From contig OY970368.1 of the NCBI GenBank assembly GCA_963718615.1, forward strand, positions 2,528,001 to 2,592,000: a stretch of DNA of 64,000 nt, given 5' to 3'. Source of the DNA: an uncultured cyanobacterium (GTDB taxonomy: Bacteria; Cyanobacteriota; Cyanobacteriia; PCC-9006; JAAUQQ01). Below, piece by piece: positions 44,201-52,576 of this stretch. The number at the start of each line of letters is the position of its first letter. Position 1 is the stretch's first letter. A program made the translations under genes and the position numbers. The notes beneath the pieces were generated by a model. That model did not search any database. It was not told the DNA's origin and was given only the letters and a program-made list of their open reading frames with translations.

Positions 44201-44978
44201 CAATCCCCAAAGCGATAAATTCAACGCGCTCCTACGCTACGAATATCGCAAAAATCCCTCGACGATTCCCGATAGCATTCTGTTTGGCAGCGGCACGGGC
44301 TACCATGAACATCTGTTTGGCGTCGAAGCGCTTTATACCCCCAATTGGCAATGGGAATTCTTTGGTAAATTGGCCCTACGAAATAGCGTTTCGTTCCTGG
44401 CAGATGATCTCGTCGGCAGCAGTACCGTGACCCTAGCGCAAGGTCGGGTGAGCTATAAATTTGCCCAGCGCTGGGATGCCACAGGGGAGTTCCGCTGGCT
44501 CAATCAAGGCAGTGCCAACTACGGTGAAACGGGCTTCCTGGGTGAATTAGGCTACTACGTGAATCCCAATCTGCGCCTTGCGGGGGGGTATTCCTTGGGG
44601 CGGGCGAGCGATCGCGACTTCGATGGCAGCCGTACCGTTGGCGGTCCCTACTTCGGGGTTTCGCTCAAACTTGACAACCTCTTCCAAGGCTTCGGCTTAC
44701 AGAATTGGCCGGAACCAGCATTCAACCAACCCGCTAGCGTTGAACCGAACATCAACCCAACGCCTGAATCAACGCCTGAATCAACGTCTGAATCAACCCC
44801 TGAATCCCCTGACCCTTTCATCGAAAACCTCACACCGGAAACTCCCGATGAACGTCCCCCTGTTCCTCAATTGGAACCCCAACTCGAACCTTTCACTCCT
44901 GAAGAATCTGCTAGCCCCACTGGAGAGAACTCCGGTCATTCTGCTCCCGTATCTGCCCCTGTACCTGCCCTGTGGTGA
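41262..44978 (+). CDS. Large outer-membrane beta-barrel protein D with periplasmic Ig-like domains
   Basis: Signal peptide; invasin-like IPADGRS..LLDEAGN; roughly 600 aa of alternating amphipathic strands ending GPYFGVSLKL; Pro/Glu-rich tail. Confidence 0.75.
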   Translation: MQLQLKSIPHFLIRLGFQLLTSGSVLCLIALPTLAEVQSQSSAPPNPDVAQSAGIEATDATAFCPCELELKILNLNEDDVLDAPSGIIVLSHDARKTVELRVNGEVVEETLIGRRENDDGKGISRSTWYGVPLQSGKNTVTATTNDGETKIVTVMVRGKPQRLTVSTVETRIPADGRSVMTVTGQLLDEAGNLTNRNTLVTVSANGGEFVGEDGDRLQDGFQVEAQDGKFTAQLRSGLKAQRVQIRAAVGSGPIGSTPLEAFTQAEFETSLRPSIATGVISLRLGGEGNDFYGKLRDFLPLDGDNDFTADLKGQAFAMGAVGDWLLTGAYNSDRNLNESCDETNRLFRASDPCDNDYPTYGDGSRSEILTPSLDSLYLKFERTSPVARAGTDSFLWGDYKTDQFARRSQQFTALTRELHGFSGNYNWDNLQISGFFGNNVQGFQRDTISPDGTSGYYFLSRRLLLEGSEDVFVELEELDRPGTVLQRIPLLRGQDYTIDYDRGTLLFTDPVLRTDISAEGFTLVRRIVATYQYDDGGSDNKIYGGRLQYNFSRDKGRETWLAGTYLREDKGSRDYSLFGLDTLISLGDRGTLVGEYARSDNDSEILGNVEGSAYRFELDGELTDSLLGRAYYRHADTGFSNNATVSFVPGQTRYGAQLNASIADRTQLRFQYDHEKNEGNVPQPRLTFGDLFDAQEEATPGVEVDNSLTTISAGVLQKIGPADVSVDWVYRDRNDNKSPGIFDENSQQLRSRLLVPLNDRLSFLAQNETTLSADVDPVFSDRTLLGLNWKVWDGVNAQLAQQFFHRGQYAGKQITSLNVTGDYNLSRDTLLRGRYTVLNGAEDLQMQGAVGIQHNIPINPHLKADLTFERVFGNLLGDNAAADVFAQPFAFGQSAAALGIPDGTSYSGGLTYATDRVQAKIRYERRNSPQGNNQVLTAAAGGKINDSLTGLFNYKQARAANQTLENLGTTAYLKAGLAYRNPQSDKFNALLRYEYRKNPSTIPDSILFGSGTGYHEHLFGVEALYTPNWQWEFFGKLALRNSVSFLADDLVGSSTVTLAQGRVSYKFAQRWDATGEFRWLNQGSANYGETGFLGELGYYVNPNLRLAGGYSLGRASDRDFDGSRTVGGPYFGVSLKLDNLFQGFGLQNWPEPAFNQPASVEPNINPTPESTPESTSESTPESPDPFIENLTPETPDERPPVPQLEPQLEPFTPEESASPTGENSGHSAPVSAPVPALW

Positions 44979-44989
44979 TGAGGTGAATT

Positions 44990-47900
44990 GTGATGAATAA
45001 ACTCATGAATCGATCGCAGCGCAAACGTCTGCACAACCTATTTCAGAAGCTGCCTTGGCTTGCAGGCTGGGTCACGGGAGCTGCACTGCTGGCTCAGACG
45101 CCTTTAGTCCTAGCGGCTGGCGAAATTCAGGTCAAAGTCGAATTTAACCCGATTACGATCACCCAAGGAGATTCTTCGAGTCTGACCTTGACAATTCGCA
45201 ATAACGAACCCAGCCCGTTAAATAATGTCAACTTAAATAAGGCTTTACCAGCAGGATTAGCCATTGATACCTCCAAGGCCATTACACAAAATAGCTGTAA
45301 CTTTACCTTGGCCAATACGACGGCTAACCTCAATATTACTGACGGTACCTTACCGGCCTTTGATACGGGATCTGGCACGCCGGGACTCTGTATTTTGGAA
45401 CTGCCCGTAATTGGTAAAAAAGCACCGGGTTCGTCCGTAACACTGCAAATTGGCGTGGGTGAATTCAGTGCCGGAGGTTTTAGCAATTCTGCTGCGGCCC
45501 AAAACACCATTACGGTAAATCAGTTAGGCAATTTAGGTTCCACAATGGCCTTTATTCCGACTGAACTTCCCGCTGGTGGTGCTACTAAATTCCGTTTAAC
45601 ACTTCCTAATAGCACGGGTAAAGTCCTCAATAATGCGACATTTACGAATGGCTTTACCATGCCTGCTGGGTTCACCTTACGGGCGGGAAGTTTAAACAAT
45701 ACCTGTGGCGGCAGTGTGAGCATTACAGGAACTCCACCTACCATTAAGCTCATCAGCGGCACAATTCCTACCAGTGGTTGTGTGATCGAATTTGAGATGG
45801 ATGGGCCTTTCACAGAACAAACCTTTGGCCCAGTGAGTTGGGCTGCAGGAGATTTGGTTACTGATTTAGAGGTCAGCAATAATGCGGCTAGCTCAAATAC
45901 GGGTAGCATTGTTGCGGGCATGAAAATTAGCCAAAGCTTCAATCGCAACAATGTCTTTATTAACGAAGCATCTACCCTCACGATCCGGATTCGCAATGCC
46001 AACGATACTGCTGTCAACAATGCGAATTTGCAAAGCCTGATTAGTGCGAGCAATGGCGGTGTTCTGAGCGAATTGCAACTGGTTAATGGCACAGGCAATA
46101 TCAATAGCAACTGTCCGACCACACCCAGTGCAACCTACAACGGTACCAATGGCCAGTTAAATTTCACCAATGTTTCTATTCCAGCCGCAACTCTTGGCCC
46201 AAACCCAGCAGCGAAGGTCGCGGAATGTCAAATTACAATCCAGGTCATCACCGACAAAGATGGTATTGGGACTTATACGAGTGCGATCGCAGCCAATCAA
46301 CTCGCGACCAACCAAACCGCTGCGACCAATACTTCGCTCATCGTTACTGATCTCGTCGGAGATGGGGGCAATGGTGTTAGCTTTGGCTTTGGTTTCGGTC
46401 CTGTGGGGGGAGGATTTGCCTCCTACGAAGTTGCCGCCAGCAATCGCGGTCGCCTCAGAATTACGTTGAATAACGTCGCCGGTGAGACCTTGACTGGGGT
46501 CGGGATTGGCGGTACGGGAATTGCGCTGGAAACTGGACTGCGGATTGCGGATGCAGGCGTTTTTAACAATACCTGTACAGCGAATGATGCTGATATCATT
46601 GCCGCATTGAATGCCACCTCCATTACGCTCACTAGCGCTACGATTAACCGTCGCGGTAGCTGTTCCTTTGAGATCAATGTGGTCAGCGATCAGTTTAAGC
46701 TAGGACCCGGTTATGCCGCGAGCGTGGCGGCGGGCGTCGTAACAACCGCTCCCGTTACGGGGCAAGCAGGACGAACCTATAGCAATGCCGCTGGGAGTTC
46801 TGGGCCTAACTTTTTGGAAGTGACCGACTATCTCAACATTATCCCCAGTATGGCCACGAGCACCGTGGCTCCCAATGCCGATGCCCGGATTAAACTGCGG
46901 TTGACCAACTCCGAGGATCAGGCCAAAAGCCAACTGCGGTTGCGCTATAGACTGCCCTTTGCGATCGCCCTCACCCCCGACTTCTTCGCTGGACCCGGCT
47001 GCGGCATCGATGCGAGTGCCTTCCAAGTGGTTGAAGTCAGTCCCGGCGTGTTTGAACTGCAAGCGGATAACATCCAGATTCCTGCAAGAGGCACCACTGG
47101 ACCGACGGACACCGGCAATGCCCAGGATGGCGTTTGCGATGTCGCCTTTGATGTTCAGGCACCGGGCACCCCTGGAGGACAAACAGTCACCGTTCCCCCG
47201 AATGTTCTGCAAAACACAGATGGTACCCAGCAAAACCGCACCTCCCGTTCGACCAGCTTTACCGTACAACCGCTCAATCTCAATCTGAGCCAAAGCATCA
47301 TCAACGAAGAGATTGGGGCCGGTGAGGCCGTGGATTTGGTCAAGGGTGGGCAGCCTGCGATGCTTATCATTACGTTGAACAATCCAGGCAATCCCGTTCC
47401 ACTGACCAATATTGTCCTGAACGACACCTTAGAGGATCCCAAAGGGCTGATTTATCCGGGGGGGCAACCCACCACCACCTGTACCGGCGCAGGGGGTCCG
47501 GCAACGGCCACCGTGGATGAGGCAACCAAATCCTTTCGCCTAGAGGGAGCCGATTTAGCCTCGGGCCAGTCCTGTATTCTGCGAGTTCCGGTCACGACCT
47601 TAGCGGTTGATCAGCTCCAGAATATTGTTCCGGCAGGAGCGGCAGTTTCTGCCGAAGGCGCGAAAACCAACCAGGATGATGACCAAATTCAGGTCAGTTC
47701 CAACCTCGGTTTGGTCAAAGCCTTCTCGCCCACAACGATCCAAACCGGCGAAACCGCACGCCTGACCCTAACGGTTTTGAATGCAACCACAGCGGGTTAC
47801 AACGATGTACGGCTGACCGATAACCTGCCTGAGGGGCTAACGCTTGCCAGTAATCCCAATGTGACCAGCACCTGCGGTGCAACTTCTGCTCCTGGCGATG

Positions 47901-48670
47901 GTGCTGTGATTCAAGTCAACAATGGCGCTGTTAATGCCAATGCGGTCTGTTGGGTAGAAGCGGACGTCACATCCCTCATTGCCAATCCAGGGGGCTACGT
48001 CAACGCGATTCCAGTGGGGGGTCTCAAGGCAGGTAGCTTCCAAAATACTGAACCCGCCGAAGCTACGCTGTTCGTCAATGGCACCACCATCGAGCAACCC
48101 AATCTGCGTCTTGTTAAACGCATCACTGAACTGAAAACACCCGTCCGACCGGGTTACGCTGAACAAACGACAGCTATTACCAGCGTCAACAACTTTACGC
48201 CGGCGGCTGGTCCTGATGCGGACAATGCACCGGGCTGGCCTAATCCGTTGGATGCTAGCGGTATTAGTAGCTATATCAAAGGAGCCTTTAATACTAGCCA
48301 AGTTCCGGGAGGACAATCAGCGTTTCTTGTTTCCGGTATGGAAATTGAATACACCGGTTATTACCTCTCCAACGGCACCGTCAGTGCAGGCAACACCAGC
48401 GTTTGCGACTTTGTCCCGGCGAATACAACCTATGTTCCAGGCTCGTTGGTTTGGGAAAAAGGTGATGGTACAGAAACGCCCCTGAGTGACGCAGTGGGTG
48501 CAGCCGGTGGCTTCTATGCCAATGGCGAAAGCCTCCCCGGCTCCTGTGTTGGCACGAATAATAACAAAGGTGCAGTCGTGGTGAACTTGGGTAATTTACC
48601 TCAATCCACTGGCCCAGGCGCTCCGGCAGCGTCCTATGGCAAGATTCGCTTCCGGGTAAAAGTAGACTAG
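44990..48670 (+). CDS. Large secreted repeat protein E, candidate tip adhesin
   Basis: Seven DUF11-like repeats of about 130-165 aa, each with a Cys pair, plus C-terminal LRLVKRI..IEYT..VCDFVPANTTYVPGS..KIRFRVKVD*. Confidence 0.78.
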   Translation: MMNKLMNRSQRKRLHNLFQKLPWLAGWVTGAALLAQTPLVLAAGEIQVKVEFNPITITQGDSSSLTLTIRNNEPSPLNNVNLNKALPAGLAIDTSKAITQNSCNFTLANTTANLNITDGTLPAFDTGSGTPGLCILELPVIGKKAPGSSVTLQIGVGEFSAGGFSNSAAAQNTITVNQLGNLGSTMAFIPTELPAGGATKFRLTLPNSTGKVLNNATFTNGFTMPAGFTLRAGSLNNTCGGSVSITGTPPTIKLISGTIPTSGCVIEFEMDGPFTEQTFGPVSWAAGDLVTDLEVSNNAASSNTGSIVAGMKISQSFNRNNVFINEASTLTIRIRNANDTAVNNANLQSLISASNGGVLSELQLVNGTGNINSNCPTTPSATYNGTNGQLNFTNVSIPAATLGPNPAAKVAECQITIQVITDKDGIGTYTSAIAANQLATNQTAATNTSLIVTDLVGDGGNGVSFGFGFGPVGGGFASYEVAASNRGRLRITLNNVAGETLTGVGIGGTGIALETGLRIADAGVFNNTCTANDADIIAALNATSITLTSATINRRGSCSFEINVVSDQFKLGPGYAASVAAGVVTTAPVTGQAGRTYSNAAGSSGPNFLEVTDYLNIIPSMATSTVAPNADARIKLRLTNSEDQAKSQLRLRYRLPFAIALTPDFFAGPGCGIDASAFQVVEVSPGVFELQADNIQIPARGTTGPTDTGNAQDGVCDVAFDVQAPGTPGGQTVTVPPNVLQNTDGTQQNRTSRSTSFTVQPLNLNLSQSIINEEIGAGEAVDLVKGGQPAMLIITLNNPGNPVPLTNIVLNDTLEDPKGLIYPGGQPTTTCTGAGGPATATVDEATKSFRLEGADLASGQSCILRVPVTTLAVDQLQNIVPAGAAVSAEGAKTNQDDDQIQVSSNLGLVKAFSPTTIQTGETARLTLTVLNATTAGYNDVRLTDNLPEGLTLASNPNVTSTCGATSAPGDGAVIQVNNGAVNANAVCWVEADVTSLIANPGGYVNAIPVGGLKAGSFQNTEPAEATLFVNGTTIEQPNLRLVKRITELKTPVRPGYAEQTTAITSVNNFTPAAGPDADNAPGWPNPLDASGISSYIKGAFNTSQVPGGQSAFLVSGMEIEYTGYYLSNGTVSAGNTSVCDFVPANTTYVPGSLVWEKGDGTETPLSDAVGAAGGFYANGESLPGSCVGTNNNKGAVVVNLGNLPQSTGPGAPAASYGKIRFRVKVD

Positions 48671-48720
48671 TCCAAGCTTATCCCTCAATGGGGGGATGCC
48701 TCAAATTGTCATAAAGCCTC

Positions 48721-48758
48721 CAAAAGGGATCAGGATAAAAACGTCCTGATCCCTTTTG
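48721..48758 (+). terminator. Terminator closing the DUF11 operon
   Basis: caaaagggatcagga / tcctgatcccttttg 15-bp stem. Confidence 0.8.
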
Positions 48759-48918
48759 TATCAAAGCTCTGTCGCAGGATAGACCCCGCCTATTTCGCTG
48801 GGATGAAGATGAAATAAATGCGGAACATTTGGATCTGACCCTGGTCACTAGAAAGAATCCAGACTGGCAATTTTTCCGGTCTATCCTTTGCAATGTTGCA
48901 ATTTTTGATGAGGCTGAT

Positions 48919-50181
48919 ATGACTTCTTTCTCTAGTTCTGTAATGAATCAGACGGCGCGATCGCTCGCCCTCGGACTAGGCGTACTCACTGGCGCATTGC
49001 CCCTGGCGATCGCAACCGCATTACCGAGCCAAGCCCAAACTACCTTTGCCGATGTCAGCAGCACCTACTGGGCTGAAACCTACATCACAACGCTCGCCCA
49101 ACGGGGGATCATCAGCGGTTTCCCCGATGGCAGCTTTGGTCCCGACCAACCGGTGACTCGGGCTCAGTTCGCTGCCTTGGTCCAAAAGGCCTTCCCCCAA
49201 GCTGCCGCCACCCGCAGCGTAATGAATTTTGGGGATGTTCCCGGCAATTATTGGGCTACGCCTGCGATTCAAACGGCCTATACCACTGGCTTTCTCAGCG
49301 GTTACCCCGACAATAGCTTCCAGCCCAACCAGAATATTCCTCGGGTGCAAGCGTTGGTTTCCTTGGCCAATGGACTGAACTATGCTCCTTCCACTTCGGT
49401 CAATACCATTCTGGGAATCTATCAAGATGCTGCGGCAATTCCTGACTATGCCCAAAACAGCGTTGCTGCCGCAACGGAACAGCGGATGGTCGTGAATTAC
49501 CCTAATGTGGCTTTCCTCAATCCCAATCGTCCTGCGACTCGGGCCGAGGTTGCTGCTTTCATCTACCAAGCCCTGACGCAACAGGGAACCGTTGCTAGCA
49601 TTGACTCGCCCTATGTAGCAGGTGTCTCTACAACGCCCGTTGCCCAGGTACCCCAAAGCGTGACGGTTCCCGCTGGGACCGTGATTCCCCTGCGGTATGA
49701 TGCGGCAGACAAAATCTACGTTGCGCCGGATGAGCCTAACCCGGTTCCCGTCACGCTCTTGACCGATCGCAGCGTGCAGACCCAAAATGGGCAGGTTTTA
49801 ATCCCAGCCAATAGTAAAGTTGTCGGTGAACTGCGATCGACCAATGGAGGTAGCCAGTTCTATGCACAACGAATTGAGTTAGCAGATGGCCGCCAGTATG
49901 CCGTTAACGCCAGTTCTAATGTGATCACCGAGACCGAAACCATTCGGAAGGGTATCAATGCTGGTCGAGTGGTGCGAGATGCAGCCATTGGCGCTGGAGC
50001 TGCTGCGGCCATTGCCGGTGTGACGGGCGATCGCACCATCGAAGCCAAGGAGGTTCTAGGAGGTGCGGGGATTGGGGCGATCGCCGGAGTCTTCCTAGAG
50101 AAAAACAGCGTTGACCTGATTGTGATCAAACCGGAAACCGCCTTAAATCTCACGATTGATAGTGCCTTTGACGTGCAATAG
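48919..50181 (+). CDS. S-layer-homology (3 x SLH) periplasmic protein with C-terminal glycine zipper
   Basis: FADV...YWA, ISGFPDGSFGPDQPVTRAQFA, LSGYPDNSFQP, ATRAEVAA; GAGAAAAIAGVTG. Confidence 0.9.
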   Translation: MTSFSSSVMNQTARSLALGLGVLTGALPLAIATALPSQAQTTFADVSSTYWAETYITTLAQRGIISGFPDGSFGPDQPVTRAQFAALVQKAFPQAAATRSVMNFGDVPGNYWATPAIQTAYTTGFLSGYPDNSFQPNQNIPRVQALVSLANGLNYAPSTSVNTILGIYQDAAAIPDYAQNSVAAATEQRMVVNYPNVAFLNPNRPATRAEVAAFIYQALTQQGTVASIDSPYVAGVSTTPVAQVPQSVTVPAGTVIPLRYDAADKIYVAPDEPNPVPVTLLTDRSVQTQNGQVLIPANSKVVGELRSTNGGSQFYAQRIELADGRQYAVNASSNVITETETIRKGINAGRVVRDAAIGAGAAAAIAGVTGDRTIEAKEVLGGAGIGAIAGVFLEKNSVDLIVIKPETALNLTIDSAFDVQ

Positions 50182-50379
50182 CGCTTTGCAGAGTTCTTTG
50201 CATAGCGCTTTGTACTGATCGCATCGCCATCAGGGTGTCTACCACATTTTTAGGGGATGGCAATCCCCCTTGTTGCCCCTAACGCCTGCGCGCCATTGTC
50301 CGCACCTATCTCGCCATTCGCCCCTATCTCCCGCCTGGTACAATCAGGCCATAGCGTTCACAGACTTTCCCAGCTCCGC

Positions 50380-51132
50380 ATGGCCAGCGACAACCAAATC
50401 GACCTCTTCAATCTTGCCGACGTTGTCAGCAGCCCCCCAGCGGATTTTGACCCCGGCGAGATTCCCACACGTGCCGACGTGCCGATTCCCCCCGGAACCT
50501 ATAGCACCATGGCGGATCTCAAAGGGCCTTGTAATCAGTGTCAGCGGTGCGAACTGGGCGCAACCCGAACCAATGCAGTTATCGGACGGGGCAATCCCCA
50601 AGCCAAAATCCTCGTCATCGGCGAAGGACCGGGCCAAAACGAAGATGAAACGGGCTTGCCGTTTGTGGGCCGAGCGGGTCAACTGCTTGACAAGATTTTG
50701 GCCTCCGTCGAGCTAGATTCTGAACAGGATGTCTACATCGCCAACATCGTCAAATGCCGTCCTCCCGGCAACCGCAAGCCCACCGACACCGAGATGGCAG
50801 CCTGTATGCCCTATTTGCGGGAACAGCTTCGCCTCATGGACCCCTTCATTCTTCTGCTAATGGGAGCAACAGCGGTCCAAGGCTTGCTGGGAGACAAGCG
50901 CGGCATCACCAAAATTCGCGGTCAGTGGTTGGAATGGGAAGGTCGCCTCTGCATGCCCATGCTCCACCCTGCCTATCTCCTGCGCAATCCGTCTCGCAAG
51001 GAAGGCAGTCCTAAATGGCACACCTGGCAGGATATTCAGGCGGTGAAGGCAAAAGTTGAGGAGATCGCCCAGCCAACCCCTCCCCAGCCAACCCTCTCCG
51101 CCCAAATCGACGAAGATGACATCGAATTTTAA
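50380..51132 (+). CDS. Uracil-DNA glycosylase family 4 (Fe-S)
   Basis: [37 protein letters not shown]. Confidence 0.93.
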   Translation: MASDNQIDLFNLADVVSSPPADFDPGEIPTRADVPIPPGTYSTMADLKGPCNQCQRCELGATRTNAVIGRGNPQAKILVIGEGPGQNEDETGLPFVGRAGQLLDKILASVELDSEQDVYIANIVKCRPPGNRKPTDTEMAACMPYLREQLRLMDPFILLLMGATAVQGLLGDKRGITKIRGQWLEWEGRLCMPMLHPAYLLRNPSRKEGSPKWHTWQDIQAVKAKVEEIAQPTPPQPTLSAQIDEDDIEF

Positions 51133-51136
51133 TCCT

Positions 51137-51655
51137 ATGCCCTCCGATCTCTATATCAACTGGACCGACTACCACGAAAAAATTGAGCAACTGGCGGTTC
51201 AGATTTATCAATCCGATTGGAGTTTTAATCAAATTGTTTGCCTCGCCAAGGGGGGCCTGCGGGCCGGGGATATTTTGTCTCGCCTATTTCGTCAACCCCT
51301 GGCAATTTTGTCTGCATCGTCCTACAGCGGGTCTAACAATCAGGTCCGAGGCTCAATTACCTTTTCCCATGATCTGACCATGACCACAGCCAATCTAGGC
51401 AGTCATATTCTGATCGTAGATGACCTGGTGGATTCTGGCGTGACGCTGCAAAAGAGCTTGGTTTGGCTCGACCGCAAATACGGGTTCTATATCGAAGAAA
51501 TGCGAACCGCCGTTCTCTGGTATAAGGACTGCTCCGTCATCAAACCGGATTATTACGTCGATTATTTGCCTGATAATCCCTGGATTCATCAGCCCTTTGA
51601 GCATTATGAGCGGATGACCCCAGGGGCGATCGCTGAGCGGTTGGGAGAGAAATAG
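51137..51655 (+). CDS. Purine phosphoribosyltransferase-like protein
   Basis: LAKGGL, ILIVDDLVDSGVTL, WIHQPFE. Confidence 0.88.
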   Translation: MPSDLYINWTDYHEKIEQLAVQIYQSDWSFNQIVCLAKGGLRAGDILSRLFRQPLAILSASSYSGSNNQVRGSITFSHDLTMTTANLGSHILIVDDLVDSGVTLQKSLVWLDRKYGFYIEEMRTAVLWYKDCSVIKPDYYVDYLPDNPWIHQPFEHYERMTPGAIAERLGEK

Positions 51656-51840
51656 GGGATGGGGAGGTGATGGGGTGATATCTGTTTCGCTTTCTACGAA
51701 AAGTATTGATGATAGATTTGCATGCACCGTCTGTATTTTGTGTTTTTTGTAAACCTGCGGTATAAATTCGAACTTTCCTCGCGCCCTTTGTAGGACCTCC
51801 CAGAAGGACTACATCCGAGTTCGGGAGATGCAACGCAACG

Positions 51841-52419
51841 ATGTCTGACACTAGCCACATCATTCCCCAAGAGAAGTTATTTAATCCCTACGCCCCTACG
51901 GTTCAGTCTGGCCCGACGATGACGCTGATGAAGGAGGGGTCGCATCCCGCTAGCTATGCTTTTGAGGCGTTGCCGCCCAGTCAGGAGTCAGATCCCAAAA
52001 ATGTCATGGAAGTCCTGGTGACGATGGAAATTGTCCATCAGCTGCAACAATTGCCCAAAAAACAGCAGGAATTTATCAAGGTCGCCCAGGTTAAGGCCTA
52101 CGCGCTGAATAGTTTGCCCTCCCTGTATGTCACGAGCGAGAGTGGCTGGGAAAAACAGTGGCAGCGGGGACAGACGGAATTGCGATCGCCCATCCGTCAA
52201 GCGGTCCGCCAAGGGTTTGCGGCGGTTCAGCGGGATCCCCTGCGGGGTACTTCTCCCTTGCCCTACGAGAGCATTCCCATCGCCGAAACGGTTTTGGCCC
52301 AAATGCGGCGTCTCCTCGGGAAAGAAGACCTGACTTGGTACACCGTTCTGCCTACGCTCAAACAGGCTCTGGGTCAGAAAAACTATCAGAAACCTGTGGC
52401 TCGGGCTTTGACACGCTAG
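51841..52419 (+). CDS. ComFB-domain protein
   Basis: NVMEVLV...AYALNSLPSLYVTS..GW...AVQRDPLR. Confidence 0.8.
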   Translation: MSDTSHIIPQEKLFNPYAPTVQSGPTMTLMKEGSHPASYAFEALPPSQESDPKNVMEVLVTMEIVHQLQQLPKKQQEFIKVAQVKAYALNSLPSLYVTSESGWEKQWQRGQTELRSPIRQAVRQGFAAVQRDPLRGTSPLPYESIPIAETVLAQMRRLLGKEDLTWYTVLPTLKQALGQKNYQKPVARALTR

Positions 52420-52576
52420 GGTCTCAATTGCTCTCAGGGTTGTGATCGAAAGAGTGTGGCGGCAGTTACATTTCAGCGCTCAATGTTATGGGTTATTGAT
52501 TGTTGATGGGTTAGTGGTCTTAAAAACTGGCCCTTCATCCCTCAATTTTAGGGCCTGCCCGGCTGCGTTTTAAGCC

